Source of the DNA: Candidatus Heimdallarchaeota archaeon
Lineage (GTDB): Archaea; Asgardarchaeota; Heimdallarchaeia; Heimdallarchaeales; Kariarchaeaceae
Direction of reading: 5' to 3'
DNA length: 64,000 nt
NCBI GenBank assembly: GCA_030149205.1
Contig: JASBSB010000001.1
Span: 134,357 to 198,356, forward strand
The notes below the pieces were generated by a model that had not been told where the DNA came from, did no database searches, and saw only the letters and a list, made by a program, of their open reading frames with translations. Position 1 is the first letter of the stretch. Each line of letters opens with the position of its first letter. The position numbers and the translations under genes are program-made. Below are positions 28,482 through 38,643 of the stretch, in pieces.

Positions 28482-30398
28482 ATGCTGATTCTTGCAATGG
28501 CTGCCTTTGCCACTGGAATCCAAAGAACAGTGCTATCTAGTTATACTGGGCAGCTATCTACAGGTATCGCGGTTTTACTCGCCAGTGGTATTGGTTTGGT
28601 TATCTATGGTTCAGCAAAATCCTTAGGAAATATATTTGGTGGGTTTGGTTCTGAGCGTATTGGTCGCAAAATTACAATGATTTACTCTACTGTCATCATC
28701 TTTATTGCTTCTGGTATTATTTTCTTATTTCAAAATCTAACAATGTATCTAATAGGCCTCTTATTTTTAGGGGTAGGTACAGGTCTATTATTTGCATCTG
28801 CTTCAATTGCTCTATCTGATCTTTACGGTATAAATGGTAGAACTCAAGCATTCTCATCAATGGAACTGGCTGTTTACTCAGGAACTGCTGCAGGAAGTTA
28901 TCTTGCGGGGACATTATCAGCAGGACTTTCATTCTCATTAGTCTTTGTGGTCAGTTTAGTTGTTGCTGCATTTTCAATTTTTGTTGTGTTTTATTTTATA
29001 AGGGATACCTCAGAGGAACAAAAATTAGAGGTTGAATCTATGGAGATTAGCTCTATAGATATTAAAGAGCAAATAAAAAAGTCTGTGAATGATCTTGGAC
29101 TTACAAAGGGTTCAGGAGAAAAATTGTTAGAAAATATAAATTACGATCTAAGTGTTTCACCTAAAAAACTTAGAAAACTTTTACTTAATCCAACAATCAT
29201 CTTAACTTTTACATTAGGTACTTCCACGAGACTCTTTGACACTATCTTTATAATCTTAACCCCGCTTTATTTGTCATTGAAATTTTCGGAAAATATTTTC
29301 TTCTATGGAACCCTGAACACAATATTTCTCTTAGCATGGGGTTTAGGCATCTTAGTTTCACCTTACGTTGTCAATTTCACAGGTCGAAAATTCCCTGTGG
29401 TTTTTGGATTTATTATACAGGGTATTGCCTTATTTATGATTGAAACAGTTCCTGTAGAATTAATGGTAATGATCTCGGTTTTCTTTGCAGGGTTTGGAAT
29501 TGGATTGTATTATCCCTTAGGTAGTACAATTACAGCAGATCTATTTGCACCTGATCAAAAGGGAATTGTAGTCGGAATCTACAGACTATTTCTTGATGGG
29601 GGTTATTTAGTAGGATTTGCTCTGTTATATTTACTCAGTGAGTTTATTGTTCCTGCAATTACTCCAAACCTTTCTACTTTAAGAAATTACAGTTTGACTT
29701 CACAGATAGTAGCAGGAGTTCTAATCACTATAGGCATTCTACAATTTATGTTTATGAAAGACACAAAACCTGTGTGGGGGCAGCTTCCCTTACTTGTCAA
29801 ACATGCTCAAAAAGCACGTGAAACTATTTTGTACAGCCTTTGGGGTATTCTTTCCTTTTTAGGTCAGAATAATATGACCAACGAAAACTATATAGCTAAG
29901 GCGAAAAAGGCAGAAAGAGAGGCTGATATACTTCTTGATAATTTGACCCACATTACATACATGTATTCAATTCCAAGAAGGGACGCTGTTGAGCTATTAA
30001 ATACTGCATCCTTAATTGACAAGTCTGCCGGGAGAGCCTTTAGAGCCTTAAAGAGAATAAATCTATATTCTGGCCCAATTGGTGAGGACTTAAAGGAAAA
30101 TTTGATTGAATATTCAATTTTACTGCTAACTCAGATTGATTCATTTATTAAAACAATTGAAACAATGAATCATACTATTAGCCTAACTGGCTTGAAAAGT
30201 CAGGAGGTTTCTCTGTTTGAAGAGATGATGGACAAGCTCTATGAAAACATGTGGAATGAGATTAAAGATTTGCATATTCAAGATCTGTTTGATTTTAGGT
30301 CATTGACCGACACAGTTGATCTTTTGGAAAAATCAGCGAACATTATAGAAGATGCAGGTCAACTTGTGAAATTATTGACCTACAAATATTATGTTTGA
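28482..30398 (+). CDS. Major facilitator superfamily transporter fused to a C-terminal cytosolic DUF47 (PhoU-like) domain.
   Basis: It has the MFS motif A GFGSERIGRK and about 12 TM helices. The C-terminal approximately 230 aa (AKKAEREADILLDNL...IPRRDAVELL...) resembles DUF47/PhoU-like helical bundles. The start is placed at the ATG at 28482, because the longer called ORF (28251) would overlap panB by 128 nt. Confidence 0.55.
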   Translation: MLILAMAAFATGIQRTVLSSYTGQLSTGIAVLLASGIGLVIYGSAKSLGNIFGGFGSERIGRKITMIYSTVIIFIASGIIFLFQNLTMYLIGLLFLGVGTGLLFASASIALSDLYGINGRTQAFSSMELAVYSGTAAGSYLAGTLSAGLSFSLVFVVSLVVAAFSIFVVFYFIRDTSEEQKLEVESMEISSIDIKEQIKKSVNDLGLTKGSGEKLLENINYDLSVSPKKLRKLLLNPTIILTFTLGTSTRLFDTIFIILTPLYLSLKFSENIFFYGTLNTIFLLAWGLGILVSPYVVNFTGRKFPVVFGFIIQGIALFMIETVPVELMVMISVFFAGFGIGLYYPLGSTITADLFAPDQKGIVVGIYRLFLDGGYLVGFALLYLLSEFIVPAITPNLSTLRNYSLTSQIVAGVLITIGILQFMFMKDTKPVWGQLPLLVKHAQKARETILYSLWGILSFLGQNNMTNENYIAKAKKAEREADILLDNLTHITYMYSIPRRDAVELLNTASLIDKSAGRAFRALKRINLYSGPIGEDLKENLIEYSILLLTQIDSFIKTIETMNHTISLTGLKSQEVSLFEEMMDKLYENMWNEIKDLHIQDLFDFRSLTDTVDLLEKSANIIEDAGQLVKLLTYKYYV

Positions 30399-30568
30399 AA
30401 ATAGCACTTCTTTGCTTTGGGTTTATGATGAGTTGTATTATTTTAATAAATAATACAATTATTTGTATAGTTAGTATGGTGCAGAAAAATGAATTTTTTT
30501 ATCAAACTTCGAATTATTATAGCTAAACCTTTAATAATTTATTTTACCCACACAGTATTGGGCAACCT

Positions 30569-31321
30569 ATGACACAACTTGCAGATTTACTAAACATCAA
30601 GTTACCATGGTATGTTTACCTTACAATACTCATTTTTGGTATTATGTTTGCCGTTCTGAAAGAAGTTTTAGAAATCGAAATTCCTGGTTCTGCTGAGTTT
30701 AGTCTCTCACTTCCCTACGCGATGTTTGTTTGGGGCATTTTTGGACTTGCAGGTGTAACCGAACCCTCCTCTTTCCTCATGGGGTTTTGTGGAGTTTTGA
30801 TCATATTCTACATGGTTTATAATTCTGTCATCTATGATTATGATGCTGAAGCTGTAATCATAGGCACTGAAGCTGAAGTTACTGTACCATTCGGAGATGA
30901 ACGCTCCTCTGGTGAAATTAAGTTTATGTCAAGACAAGGGATGCAGTTCAGAATCGCAAAAGGTACCTCCGATAAAAAGGGAGGATTCAAGAAGGGAGAC
31001 TTAGTTTATATCCAAGCTATTGAAGGAGCATTTGCAGTTATTGGCTCTAATAAGGTGGACTACACCATTAAAAGAAAACCTGTTGAAAGAGTCAACACAC
31101 TTAGAAAATTGCTGAGAGAACTCAGGTTTAGACCTAACAAGGATGAACTTTGTCAGATCTGTTATTCTAAAGTCTCTTATTCAGAGCTGGTAAACTGTCC
31201 CTGGTGTGATGCAAAGTTTCATGAGAACCATCTAGCAGATTGGTTATCAGTGTCTCCTAGGTGCCCTAACTGTCGTCAAGGGTTATTAATGCACGACAGT
31301 TCAATTATCAAGAGAAATTAA
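30569..31321 (+). CDS. NfeD-like membrane protein (stomatin/flotillin operon partner) with a C-terminal RING/treble-clef-like zinc finger.
   Basis: It has N-terminal TM helices and a beta-rich OB-like domain (FRIAKGTSDKKGGFKKGDLVYI). The C-terminal CQICY-x11-CPWCDAKFHENH-x10-CPNC gives a C4H2C2 ligand pattern. Confidence 0.5.
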   Translation: MTQLADLLNIKLPWYVYLTILIFGIMFAVLKEVLEIEIPGSAEFSLSLPYAMFVWGIFGLAGVTEPSSFLMGFCGVLIIFYMVYNSVIYDYDAEAVIIGTEAEVTVPFGDERSSGEIKFMSRQGMQFRIAKGTSDKKGGFKKGDLVYIQAIEGAFAVIGSNKVDYTIKRKPVERVNTLRKLLRELRFRPNKDELCQICYSKVSYSELVNCPWCDAKFHENHLADWLSVSPRCPNCRQGLLMHDSSIIKRN

Positions 31322-31331
31322 GTGATATACT

Positions 31332-32669
31332 ATGACAACTAAATATTGGATGATAACAATCATCTTTGGAGCAACAGTGCTTGGATTTGCATATTGGGTT
31401 AATCCAGCATTGGGTGCTGGACTTACGATAGCCTTTATTATTGCATTTATCTTAATGCTCAGGTCGTACACTGTTGTGGATCTACAATCTATCCATGTCC
31501 TTTCAGGAAATGGAAGAGTTACTGAAAAAGTAGGGGGACAATCTTACATTTATCTACCCTTTGTAACCAAAAGGTCGATAGTTCCTCTTCAAGTATTGGA
31601 AATTGCAATTCCAAGAATAAAGCTTTTGGACATGAACAATCTACCATTTGGTGTTGAAATTAGCTGCAAGGTTCAAATTAGCGACGCAAGAACATCAGTC
31701 AGATCTTTAAATAGAACCACCCCTAATGAAATCAGACCTATTGTGGATGATACTATTCAGTCTGCTTCCAGAGCACAAGCCATGAAACAAACATTGCTGA
31801 AAATTATGCGAGAGAGAGATGAGGTTGAACAGTCAATTTTGACAGCAACGAATGACAGCCTATCCAGAATAGGAATAAGAGTAGTTCTATTCGACATCAA
31901 GAACATTGTGGATGTTCCAGGTTCAACTGTAATTTCTGATATGGAACGTGTGAAATCTGCTGAATTGGAGAGAATGGCTAGAGAAGCGGAAGCCCGTGAA
32001 AATAGCTCTGCAGAGATTGTTGAGGCGCAAAAAAAGGCTGAGGCAGAAATTCAAAGACAAAAAGCGTTCGAACAAAGTGAGCTTGCAAGGCTTAATCAAG
32101 AGATGATGATTGCTGATAAAGAGCGAGAACTTAAATTAAAGCGGATGGATATTATTAATGCTGAGAAGAAACGACAGGCAGAAATTGAGGCTGAGCGAAT
32201 TGAAATTGAATCAGCTGGTATTGCAAACAAGCAAAGAGAGCTTGCACAAGCAGAGGCAGACACCAGATTAATTAATATAAAAGCTGAAGCGGAGGCTATA
32301 GAGTTAAAAGCACAGGCTGACTCCACATCATTAAGATTGAAAGCTGAGGCAGAGGCAGAGGCAATAAATCTCAAACTTCAAGCGGAGGCCGAAGGTACTA
32401 CAAAATTAGCTGTTGCACTTAATAAATTCAATGAAAAAGCAATTAGTGTAAAGCTAGCTGAGATTCAGGCATCTGTACAATCCTCAGCAGCAGAATCAAT
32501 TGCAAGAGGTATCCAACATAACAGCAAACTAATTCTTCCTTCAAACGGTATGTCAAGCTTCTTTACAGAGATGATCACAGGGATAAACCTATTAAAAGAG
32601 AGTGGAGTCTCAATAGGCGATCTTTTCAATGGGAAGAAGAAGCTAGCCACACAAATTAAAGAAGAATAG
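31332..32669 (+). CDS. Flotillin-like SPFH/band-7 protein.
   Basis: It has an N-terminal TM segment, an SPFH domain, and a long EA-rich coiled coil (AEAEAIELKAQAD...AEAEAEAINLKLQAEAEG) typical of flotillins. It starts 10 nt after the NfeD-like gene. Confidence 0.7.
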   Translation: MTTKYWMITIIFGATVLGFAYWVNPALGAGLTIAFIIAFILMLRSYTVVDLQSIHVLSGNGRVTEKVGGQSYIYLPFVTKRSIVPLQVLEIAIPRIKLLDMNNLPFGVEISCKVQISDARTSVRSLNRTTPNEIRPIVDDTIQSASRAQAMKQTLLKIMRERDEVEQSILTATNDSLSRIGIRVVLFDIKNIVDVPGSTVISDMERVKSAELERMAREAEARENSSAEIVEAQKKAEAEIQRQKAFEQSELARLNQEMMIADKERELKLKRMDIINAEKKRQAEIEAERIEIESAGIANKQRELAQAEADTRLINIKAEAEAIELKAQADSTSLRLKAEAEAEAINLKLQAEAEGTTKLAVALNKFNEKAISVKLAEIQASVQSSAAESIARGIQHNSKLILPSNGMSSFFTEMITGINLLKESGVSIGDLFNGKKKLATQIKEE

Positions 32670-32752
32670 GAACCAAAAACCATTAAATTAATAATTTAAC
32701 TAGTTTTACTCAATTAGATAAATAAACAAAGCTGCTAAGCACATATTACGCA

Positions 32753-33532
32753 ATGATTCACCTCCTACTTTTAATAGACCGTAAAAAGAGTGTAGGATTG
32801 GAGCTTTTCAAAGATAACACAATCACATTTGATTCAGAACTGCTTATTCCCTTGATACAATCTATTCTATTAATATCACAGAGTTTTGGCAACTCTAAAC
32901 CGAAGGGCGAATTAAGAGAGTTAGAAATTGGCGACTACCAAATTGGAAGTTACGAGTTAGACAACCTTGCATATGTAATTATACAAGACACCTATGACAA
33001 TGAACCTTTCACCAAACAAATTCTTACATCGATAATTAATGAATTCCATGATAAATTTCTATCTATGGACTTTAGTAGAGAAATCCAGGGCTTAGGTTCA
33101 ATCAAAGAAAGGATAGTGGAACTCACAACGACAATGAAATTTCCAACCCAAGTCTTACAAAGTTTTCAATATAGGATTAAGGAGTTATTAACACGTGTTC
33201 AAGGGGTTGAGACTATATTTCTTGCAGACCTTGATGATGGTGTAAAACATATATGGCTTCGAAGAGAGAACAATATCATAACAGTTTTGATGGAAATTTT
33301 AAGTGAAATTCCTTTTGAAAGAAGTTGGTTGGGAGAAGTGAGACTTTTTAAACCCATCGAATTCAATGGTATAAGTTATACACACGAAGCTTGGATCATA
33401 GTGAGAATCGGTTTAACTGATTTTTGCATATTAGCTCGAGGATATTTTAACCAAAGTTTTAGAGATATCATGTTAAGCGAGTTTGAATCTCTTGCAGAAG
33501 AGTTTAACGAGGAGATATTGAAACACCTTTAG
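32753..33532 (+). CDS. Hypothetical protein with a possible roadblock/longin-like N-terminal domain.
   Basis: It is a 259-aa ORF. The N-terminal approximately 100 aa has an alternating beta/alpha pattern (IHLLLLIDRKK...LAYVIIQDTYDNE). This is weak evidence. Confidence 0.35.
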   Translation: MIHLLLLIDRKKSVGLELFKDNTITFDSELLIPLIQSILLISQSFGNSKPKGELRELEIGDYQIGSYELDNLAYVIIQDTYDNEPFTKQILTSIINEFHDKFLSMDFSREIQGLGSIKERIVELTTTMKFPTQVLQSFQYRIKELLTRVQGVETIFLADLDDGVKHIWLRRENNIITVLMEILSEIPFERSWLGEVRLFKPIEFNGISYTHEAWIIVRIGLTDFCILARGYFNQSFRDIMLSEFESLAEEFNEEILKHL

Positions 33533-33546
33533 AGATTATTCCCAAG

Positions 33547-34245
33547 TTAATCATCACCTTTTTCGATGAGATTTTTGATCTCATCAATATTCTTTGTATC
33601 CATTATTATCTCCCCCTTATCAAGTACGAGAAATCGTTCTACCATCTTAAGAAGTTCCCAAGAATTGGAAGTACAAATTAATGTGGTATTCTTCTTTAAC
33701 TGTCCCAGTATCCCAATCAGCTGTTTTTGTGTCCAAAAATCTAATCCTGTGAACGGATGATCTAAAATAATGATTTTCGGATCAATTACAAGTATACCAA
33801 GTAATGCAACCAATTTTTTCTCACCAAAACTCAATGATGAGATTGATCTTTCAAGTAGATGAGAGATATTTAGTAAATTTGCCTTTACTTGCAACCTATG
33901 TAGGCTTTCCCTGCGTGAGAACCCAAGGTTTTCTAACCCAAATAGAACATCAGAACTAACTTTTGGCATGAAAATTTGATCTTCTGGATTTTCAAATAGG
34001 TATCCTATCAAATGAGGAAGATTAGACTGTGATTTAACAGAACGGACATATTTTCCGATTTTAATCTCACCATGTTGTAATTCAATAGCCCCAGTTAACA
34101 GATGCAATAAAGTTGTTTTTCCCTGTCCGTATTTTCCAAGGATTGCAGTAAATTCCAGTTCAAATAGTTCAAGATTTAGTTTGTGGAAAACTGCCCCATT
34201 ACCATAGCTGAAGCTTAAATCAGAAACACTGATAATAGGCACCAC
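33547..34245 (-). CDS. ABC/ECF transporter ATP-binding protein.
   Basis: It has Walker A GKYGQGKTT, the signature LSFGEKK, Walker B IIILDHPF and an H-loop. Confidence 0.75.
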   Translation of the reverse strand: MVPIISVSDLSFSYGNGAVFHKLNLELFELEFTAILGKYGQGKTTLLHLLTGAIELQHGEIKIGKYVRSVKSQSNLPHLIGYLFENPEDQIFMPKVSSDVLFGLENLGFSRRESLHRLQVKANLLNISHLLERSISSLSFGEKKLVALLGILVIDPKIIILDHPFTGLDFWTQKQLIGILGQLKKNTTLICTSNSWELLKMVERFLVLDKGEIIMDTKNIDEIKNLIEKGDD

Positions 34246-34298
34246 AGATTCACTTCAATAGATGAGAGTCTTAAACCATTGCGAGTAAAATTAAATTA

Positions 34299-35684
34299 TT
34301 ACAAATTCCAGAATCTAGTACTAAGCAAGATTAAACAAATCAAGCATGTAACAGTGATGAATATTATTTCTGTGACGGTATAACTCGAATTATATGTATA
34401 CTCTGGATGTGAAATACCCCGGAGTTGAATCGCTAGGCTAATCTTACGGAAATAATCATTGGATTGTAAGAAGAGGTTCTTGAACAAAAGGTATTGATGA
34501 TAGAAAACCCTATAATCCCTTGATTTTAAGCTAAATCCGAGATTAATTCCCCTTACTTTAGCTGCTTTTTTCGTTTCACTAAACCACTCAATTTGATCAA
34601 AGATGATTTTGTTTGCAAATAAAACCACTAATAACAGGGTATTCGGTAATTTGAGTTCAAGAATTCCACTCAAAAGTTCATTAACAGACCCCTCAGAATC
34701 TAACAGAATTGATGAGTGAGTAATTGAAGTTAAATACCTTAATCCAAGGGTCATAGTCAGACCTAAGTTATTTAGACTTAGGTAAAAAGTAAATGTGACA
34801 AGGGTGATAATTGGAAGAGAGTAGACGATTCTCTTTACAAAAAAGGATTTAGGACGATAAAGAAAGTATAGAGGGAGAGACAGAACAAAAAGTAGAGATG
34901 CTTGTAAAATAGTTGTACTCACCCCAAGTGTGATCAAAATAGTAAAAGTCATAATGATTTTGAGTTTTCTACTGATTAGATGTTTATCCTCTGTCAAGTT
35001 ATCAGAAAGAGGGGGATTATCTTTTGAAAATGATGGTAACGATTGAAGCAATAGTTTATTTTCTTGGAATCGCAGTTTAGTCTCTTTTGAGGTGTAAAAC
35101 AAATTAAAAGCCACAATTGAAAGCACCCCCTCTAGAAGGGCAGCTAAGCTTATCCAGATTAAAAGGATAAGAAGTATTGAGGAATCAATCTGTAAATTTG
35201 ATAAATACAATTCAACTAGTATTATCAGAAATTGTGAATAAATAAAACCAACTGCTGTGATAAAAACAAGAAGAGATTTTAACTTCCTCGGTTTCACTCT
35301 AAGAAGAAGAGTTCTTAATGGAACAACCCAAATTATTGTTGTAATTATTAAGTTCATCCCTTGTACACCCACGGAGCCTAAAAACCCAGGAATTAATAAA
35401 CTGGTAATGAAAATTGAAACTAAGCTTACTAAAATCCCCCGAAAAATTCCAAGTATTAATATTGCCGCTGGGATCCCTGTTAGACCAATTGTGACAGGGA
35501 ATCCTAAAAAGGGGATATTGGCTAGTTGAAGTATTATTTCAAGAGAAACTAGTAACCCCATTTTACTGTAATCTAAAACTTCATAATTTTTTCTTTTGAC
35601 AGTTAAAATCAAAAGTATGATGATGTAAGTTACCCAGCCTATTATGATTAACTCACTAGAATATAATCCGTCAGGTATCCTCAC
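34299..35684 (-). CDS. Polytopic membrane protein, a putative ECF transporter transmembrane component (possible S+T fusion).
   Basis: It is 461 aa with 10 or more TM helices. The EcfT-like AxxxRG motif (LAIQLRGISHPEY) lies near the C-terminus. It is in an operon with the ABC ATPase. Confidence 0.45.
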   Translation of the reverse strand: MRIPDGLYSSELIIIGWVTYIIILLILTVKRKNYEVLDYSKMGLLVSLEIILQLANIPFLGFPVTIGLTGIPAAILILGIFRGILVSLVSIFITSLLIPGFLGSVGVQGMNLIITTIIWVVPLRTLLLRVKPRKLKSLLVFITAVGFIYSQFLIILVELYLSNLQIDSSILLILLIWISLAALLEGVLSIVAFNLFYTSKETKLRFQENKLLLQSLPSFSKDNPPLSDNLTEDKHLISRKLKIIMTFTILITLGVSTTILQASLLFVLSLPLYFLYRPKSFFVKRIVYSLPIITLVTFTFYLSLNNLGLTMTLGLRYLTSITHSSILLDSEGSVNELLSGILELKLPNTLLLVVLFANKIIFDQIEWFSETKKAAKVRGINLGFSLKSRDYRVFYHQYLLFKNLFLQSNDYFRKISLAIQLRGISHPEYTYNSSYTVTEIIFITVTCLICLILLSTRFWNL

Positions 35685-35747
35685 AGTGTATATTCTTTAG
35701 ATAGTTTGATTTTTAAGACGTTGTATGAAAAATTATTGAAATTCCTT

Positions 35748-38036
35748 TTATCCAGAAGAACCCATGATCAACGTTTGGAGTGTATCAATTAATATTTCAA
35801 ATGGGAAGGGTTCTGTCTTAACCCTGTCTCTCGTGGATTGTTCCATGTTTGCGAACATTGTCCCAATTGAATATACCTGTTGGGCTGTTCCTTCTGCATC
35901 AGGAGCTCCACTGGCACCTACTTGATCTGCACTAGAGTAAGCCAAGTCTTTGGCACTAGACCAGTTTGATATGGCTTCAGAATAATTTTTGTTAAGAGTT
36001 GCAACAGTTGCATTTAGTGCCTTTTCAATTGCTTCGATAAAGCTAATTGCACCAGTTAAGTTGCCCTTTAAGACTTTGAAAAAATCCCAGTTCACAAGAG
36101 AACCTCTAATTATTATGGGTGCTTGATTCTTTAACACTGCATCCAAGGCTACCAGAATATCTGAGAGTGCGGATTTAAAGGTATCGAGTTCCATTATGTC
36201 ATAAGCCATAATCCCCGGCTTTCCAGAACCCTTTCCTAAAGCGGAGCTCTCTATCAATACTGCAATTTTGTTAATGAAGGTGAACTGGATAAGAGCAGAC
36301 CTAAGCTGAATCTCAGCGATTAACCCCCTTAGGAGAGCATTTTTTGCAATTGGTTTTAATACGGTCTCAATTGTCTCCTGTAATGGCCCGGTGTTGTCCT
36401 TGGTACAATAGGAAATTGCATCAAAAATTAAAAAGTAAGATTTAGCCCTCATCATTAATTCTTTAACCGGGTTAGAACCAAATTCATTTTCTGCGATTGA
36501 TTGGATTTGGATTGCTTCAGTTGCTTCATTAATGGCATATAATTCTGCGACTGCCTGATCAGTGAATTCGCTTTGGTTAGGAAGTAGGAGAAATGAAACT
36601 AGAAGTAGATCAAGATGTCTGTTTATGTGAGTTAGTTGGCTGGGAGGTAACCCCTGTTTGAGAGCTTGCATCCACTGTGTTGTTAAGTGTTGAAAGGCCA
36701 CCTTAAGCCTCTCCTCCAAGGAATTGAACCGACTATTTATGAATTCCAAGTCTTTTTTACTGTTCTCTCCGTTTTCTTCATCTGCGATATGAGACACATA
36801 CGCAAATATATTATCATAAATCAAGGGAAAAGTCGATATAAACTGCAAATCTCCTTTTCCAAGCATTTCTTGTATGAGATTCTCTGAGTCTTTGATTTGT
36901 TTTTTGATACTCTTGAAATCCTTTTTCTGTATTAATTCCTCGATCCCTTTATATTTAATGTTAAGCTCGCAGATGGATTTGGAAAGGAAAAACAACTCAC
37001 GCTCTTCTTCAAGTGTATATTCAGTCCATCCATCAATGACCTCAAGTAATGCAGCTGGATCGTCCTCAGAAACGTTTATTAGGTTAAATGCCATTTGGAA
37101 GTAACTTCCAGCAGATTCTAAGTCTTTTGACGAAAGGGCATTAATTGCTAGAGTCTTGTAATGTTGAGCTAAATACGCGTTTGCAAGAAGTTCGGCACGT
37201 ACATGGTTAGCATCATAGACATCCAATATCTCTTTAGCCAAATCAGATGTAGTTTTCTCCAAGTTGTCTTTCATTGACTCCATATGGTTTAATGCATGAG
37301 ATACCATGGAATGCATTACGATTGGGTCTTGCCACCACCAACTAGTCAGACCAGAGGATAAACGTTTAAGCACGACAGTTAACAAGAAGTTGAATTGACC
37401 CATGTCATAAGTGCTTAGGAGTTGAGCTTTCTCTTCATTGAATGTTTTTGGGTCATAAATTTCACCTAAATAATTTAACCGTTTTTGGATTTGGTATAAC
37501 CTCAACAGTTCAATTAAGGAGGATAGTGCTTCTGGAGTGAACGAGGGTTGATCCTTAAAAGCTAATAATGTTAATTCATCTAACTTTAGTTTAGTATTAA
37601 CATATCCCTCTGTTTTTTTGTAAAGATTTGACTCTTTTAGAATTCCACTTCTCATCATAGTGGCATATGCATATCCCATTACATTTATATCAAACCAAAA
37701 ATCGGTAATAGATTGAATTCTTTTGAAATCTTCAGGTTTAACTTTTTCAGGAGACCTTTTCAATTCATCAATTATTCTATTGTATAATGATTCTGTTAAA
37801 TCCATTACAGATAACAGGTGTTCTACCACAGTCTGAGAAAAGTCATTCCAATCTCTTGCAATCTCACTTGTTTCATCTATATCAAGATAATTCTTGTATA
37901 ATAATTTATTTGCGTTAATCAATGATTCAAATTTCGAAAAAACAAGTCTTTCATCTAATTGAAACTTTAAATCCATCACTAGAATAATAGGATACTCTTT
38001 TTTTAATGTTTGGTAGTTTCTAATGTAATTCTGCAA
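35748..38036 (-). CDS. Hypothetical large (762 aa) all-alpha protein.
   Basis: It is a long ORF with helical-repeat character. It lies immediately downstream of rpoK on the same strand. Confidence 0.45.
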   Translation of the reverse strand: MQNYIRNYQTLKKEYPIILVMDLKFQLDERLVFSKFESLINANKLLYKNYLDIDETSEIARDWNDFSQTVVEHLLSVMDLTESLYNRIIDELKRSPEKVKPEDFKRIQSITDFWFDINVMGYAYATMMRSGILKESNLYKKTEGYVNTKLKLDELTLLAFKDQPSFTPEALSSLIELLRLYQIQKRLNYLGEIYDPKTFNEEKAQLLSTYDMGQFNFLLTVVLKRLSSGLTSWWWQDPIVMHSMVSHALNHMESMKDNLEKTTSDLAKEILDVYDANHVRAELLANAYLAQHYKTLAINALSSKDLESAGSYFQMAFNLINVSEDDPAALLEVIDGWTEYTLEEERELFFLSKSICELNIKYKGIEELIQKKDFKSIKKQIKDSENLIQEMLGKGDLQFISTFPLIYDNIFAYVSHIADEENGENSKKDLEFINSRFNSLEERLKVAFQHLTTQWMQALKQGLPPSQLTHINRHLDLLLVSFLLLPNQSEFTDQAVAELYAINEATEAIQIQSIAENEFGSNPVKELMMRAKSYFLIFDAISYCTKDNTGPLQETIETVLKPIAKNALLRGLIAEIQLRSALIQFTFINKIAVLIESSALGKGSGKPGIMAYDIMELDTFKSALSDILVALDAVLKNQAPIIIRGSLVNWDFFKVLKGNLTGAISFIEAIEKALNATVATLNKNYSEAISNWSSAKDLAYSSADQVGASGAPDAEGTAQQVYSIGTMFANMEQSTRDRVKTEPFPFEILIDTLQTLIMGSSG

Positions 38037-38060
38037 TCTTGAGATAATTCTTAGGGATAT

Positions 38061-38360
38061 TTATTTCTTGAATTTAACTAATTCTTCTTGTGGGTCTATT
38101 TGAGCAACGTATTGCCCATCTTTTAGCCATTGAATTGGGACAATTTGAAACCTTCCATTATTGAATTGCCGTCTAATTCCAATAGGTAGTACTCTTGCAT
38201 TCAACTCTTCAGTGGCGAGTTTGATGGGGGGCAAACTGATATTTTCCATCTGCATGAGTACAGGAGCTCCATAACTAATTTGTAGCGCTCTTGCTCCAAC
38301 AATTCTGGCTCTTTCATACCTAGTAAGATATGGTGGTCCAACCTCAACCTTATCAGACAA
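38061..38360 (-). CDS. rpoK: DNA-directed RNA polymerase subunit K (Rpb6/omega homolog).
   Basis: It has the sequence [25 protein letters not shown], the conserved RpoK/Rpb6 core. The downstream [13 protein letters not shown] matches the conserved IRR...dG tail. Confidence 0.65.
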   Translation of the reverse strand: MSDKVEVGPPYLTRYERARIVGARALQISYGAPVLMQMENISLPPIKLATEELNARVLPIGIRRQFNNGRFQIVPIQWLKDGQYVAQIDPQEELVKFKK

Positions 38361-38643
38361 AATCTCTTTAGAAATTAACCTTCACCTAATAGTTGAATAT
38401 AACATGCTTGTTTTTAACTTTTGCAAAGCTTTCAACACAAATTGAAAGGATGTCCCATTGACCTCAAAACAGAGATATAATTTTTTCTATTTTTTTGCCC
38501 ATTTTCATAAATTATTGCCTCAAAAACCGGTTTTTTTCTAAATATTTCCTCAATTTAAACATATTCAAAAAAAAACAGAGAATTTATTACGAAAATCACG
38601 TAAGTAGAATGGATATTATAAGCACTGTAAAATTTAGTCACTT

